Part shown: positions 62,101 through 64,000 of the stretch, one piece after another
Position numbering within the stretch: position 1 is the stretch's first letter
Layout of the letters: each line of letters opens with the position of its first letter
Assembly: GCA_030704615.1 (NCBI GenBank)
Contig: CM060734.1
Span: forward strand, 52,080,001 to 52,144,000
Direction: 5' to 3'
Source of the DNA: Takakia lepidozioides
Taxonomy: Eukaryota > Plantae > Bryophyta
DNA length: 64,000 nt
The notes under the pieces: model-generated
Told to the model about the DNA's origin: nothing
Databases searched by the model: none
The model's input: only the letters and a program-made list of their open reading frames with translations
Translations under genes and position numbers: made by a program

Positions 62101-62750
62101 TTTTTATCCTCATAGTGGAAGACATCAGTGAGAGTTTGGGTTCCACTGAATAAACAGTGAAACGAAGAAACGAAGAAAGTAGTAAACTGGACTTGAAAAA
62201 ACCTACTCCCCTCTTAAGTCAATCTTCTCTGCCCCCAGGGAGGTAATGAGACATCTTTCCCTCATGCTTTCTTACGTCCTTTAGGCTTTCTTGTTGTTAT
62301 ACCCACCCATGGGCCCTCACAGCCTTGCGTGGACATTATGAAGTTTCTTTTGGCTGTGGTTTTGTCTCTTCTTTCTTGTTTTTCCGTTTTGTCCCGCAAG
62401 CTCTTTGAGCTTTTCGCCAGATTGTAAAGTTACCATTTCATTTCATTTCTCTTTTCCCTTCATTTCTCTTCAGTTCTCTACTGCCTTTAGACTGTTTTTG
62501 TCCCAAAAGCTCATTGGGCTTTTCATAGCCCCTAAAAAGTTCCTCTATATCTTTCACACCCCTCCCAAAAGCAGAATCGCATAAAAAAGGAAAATCACTC
62601 ATGTTGATTTTAGTTCCAACTATCAGACTTGATGAAGCTTAGAATGCAAGTATTGAAATGGTCTCAAACCAACATTCTCAAGCCACAGCAATACTACAGG
62701 CTTTTGCGATTTGCCTTTCAAGCCTGGATCCCAAGTTGGTATGCGAGTGA
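59160..62750 (+). CDS. Tubby-domain (TULP/TLP) protein; upstream exons likely but not resolved
   Basis: Exons about 59160-59359, 59769-59901, 60379-60451, 60601-60841, 61289-61351, 61620-61667, 61814-61867, 62700-62750. Motifs [109 protein letters not shown]. Confidence 0.9.
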
Positions 62751-63091
62751 AGGCTTCCATCAACATTTTTCATGACTATTTTAGGCCTTGGTGAGCAATT
62801 CAGACATAGAAGATAAGATGAGGAAACATAAATGGACTGTCTTTCCACATAGCACTACGGTAATGCCTTGTGTTTATGACCAAGGTTGTAGATGGTGCCA
62901 CAATATTTAAAAGACAGTCAAGCTGTCAAGAAGACCACTTGCATAATAGCAAATGCATTTTGCATCAGTGTGCAGAAACCAAGCTACTTAGCTCTCAGAG
63001 AAATACTAAACATGGAATGAACTGTATCCCATGCATGATGATTTTGAATTCAGTGGCACTTTACAATGGCACTGCAACCGCCAGATTTTGC

Positions 63092-64000
63092 TTAGTGATG
63101 CTGCGGGCATTGGAAGCATTTATCAAAGAATCCGAATGTGTGAACCTGTCTAAAGAAGTTGGTGATGCTGGCCCACCCACCCAAACCCAACCCCACAACC
63201 AGAATCCATAAAATTATGAGCCCATTGAAGAGGAACATGAGTATCCAACTGGGCATGAAGGGTGGCAGTGCCAGTGCTGATTTCTGCACATCACAAACAA
63301 CACACCAGTCTTCAAGAGGTTTTCCAATTAAGGTTCATCTGAGATCTTGGTCCTTTTCTCTTTAACCCAGAAAAGAGGGAGGGAGGGAGAGAGAGAGGTA
63401 GAGACCTGGCGGGCATCATCCGTACGGTAAGTCCAAACGAATGCAGCGGGGGGGATGATGTAGACACCGATGGTCACCAGGAACGCTCCCATGAGCGAGT
63501 TGATGGGACCGAAGAAGGGAATGGCCAGAGCCACAAACCACAGGATGAGGACCACAGGGATGCGAACTAAGACGCGGAATATGAACTTCCCCGTGTGAAC
63601 CTTGGCAGCCTTCTCACATACAAGGAACACTGGGTGCACAAAAAGGATGAATGCCATACTCTGCACTTACAACCCACTGCAGGGCATCAGTTAATGTACA
63701 GACCATCTTCAACTGAATTAGATTTTGCTCAATCCATGCAGAAATTAAATGGTGCTTTATAACATCCACAGAGAAAGCTCACCAATTAGACGTCAGCAAA
63801 TGCGGAGCACAAGGTGGGGATCTCATGATGGACCAACATAGATGCAATCTATAGTTCACCCATCATGTGATTTGACAATGGAACTTACAAGCAGGATCCT
63901 TCCATGTTAAACTTACCTGGTGCACAACCATAGCCACAACAGCCATGGTCCGCCAACCCGTGGCTGGAAGGACTGCAAAAGCATTTGATCGTGTAAGAAG
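63092..64000 (-). CDS. AUX1/LAX-family auxin influx carrier-like protein, last three exons (5' part outside window)
   Basis: Exons >64000-63917, 63660-63406, 63283-63092: LLTRSNAFAVLP, RIPVVLILWFVALAIPFFGPINSLMGAFLV...YIIP, GLGLGGWASITNFFRQVHTFGFFDKCFQC. Confidence 0.9.

Noticed and set aside
9566-64000. Functional cluster of ubiquitin/auxin genes (RMD5 x2, ARM, AXR1, tubby, AUX1/LAX)
   Set aside because: These are large, common gene classes; proximity alone gives no evidence of co-regulation without synteny or expression data.

Overview
Eukaryotic nuclear DNA from a land plant, probably a non-seed plant (bryophyte, lycophyte or fern; inferred from gene content, not proven). Host genes with spliceosomal introns: two dispersed paralogues of RMD5/GID2 (CTLH E3 ligase RING subunit), an ARM-repeat (PUB-like) gene, AXR1/NAE1 (14 exons), a tubby-domain gene and the 3' part of a divergent AUX1/LAX gene. 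Between them lie many mobile elements: a 6.0-kb hAT with TIRs and an 8-bp TSD, a related 1.1-kb hAT MITE carrying a tRNA-type SINE, a decayed Ty3/gypsy, and many pieces of a non-LTR (RTEX/CR1-like) element tied to (CT)n tracts. The most notable item is at about 3.2-6.5 kb: a decayed, intron-containing Fanzor1-like (eukaryotic TnpB/Cas12-related RNA-guided nuclease) gene. A 51-nt hairpin-forming segment follows its C-terminal motif. This segment recurs alone about 30 kb away (46/51 identical), framed by a 12-bp direct repeat and followed by different sequence, as expected for an omegaRNA scaffold with a different guide. All calls come from reading and translating the sequence by eye; no database searches were run.
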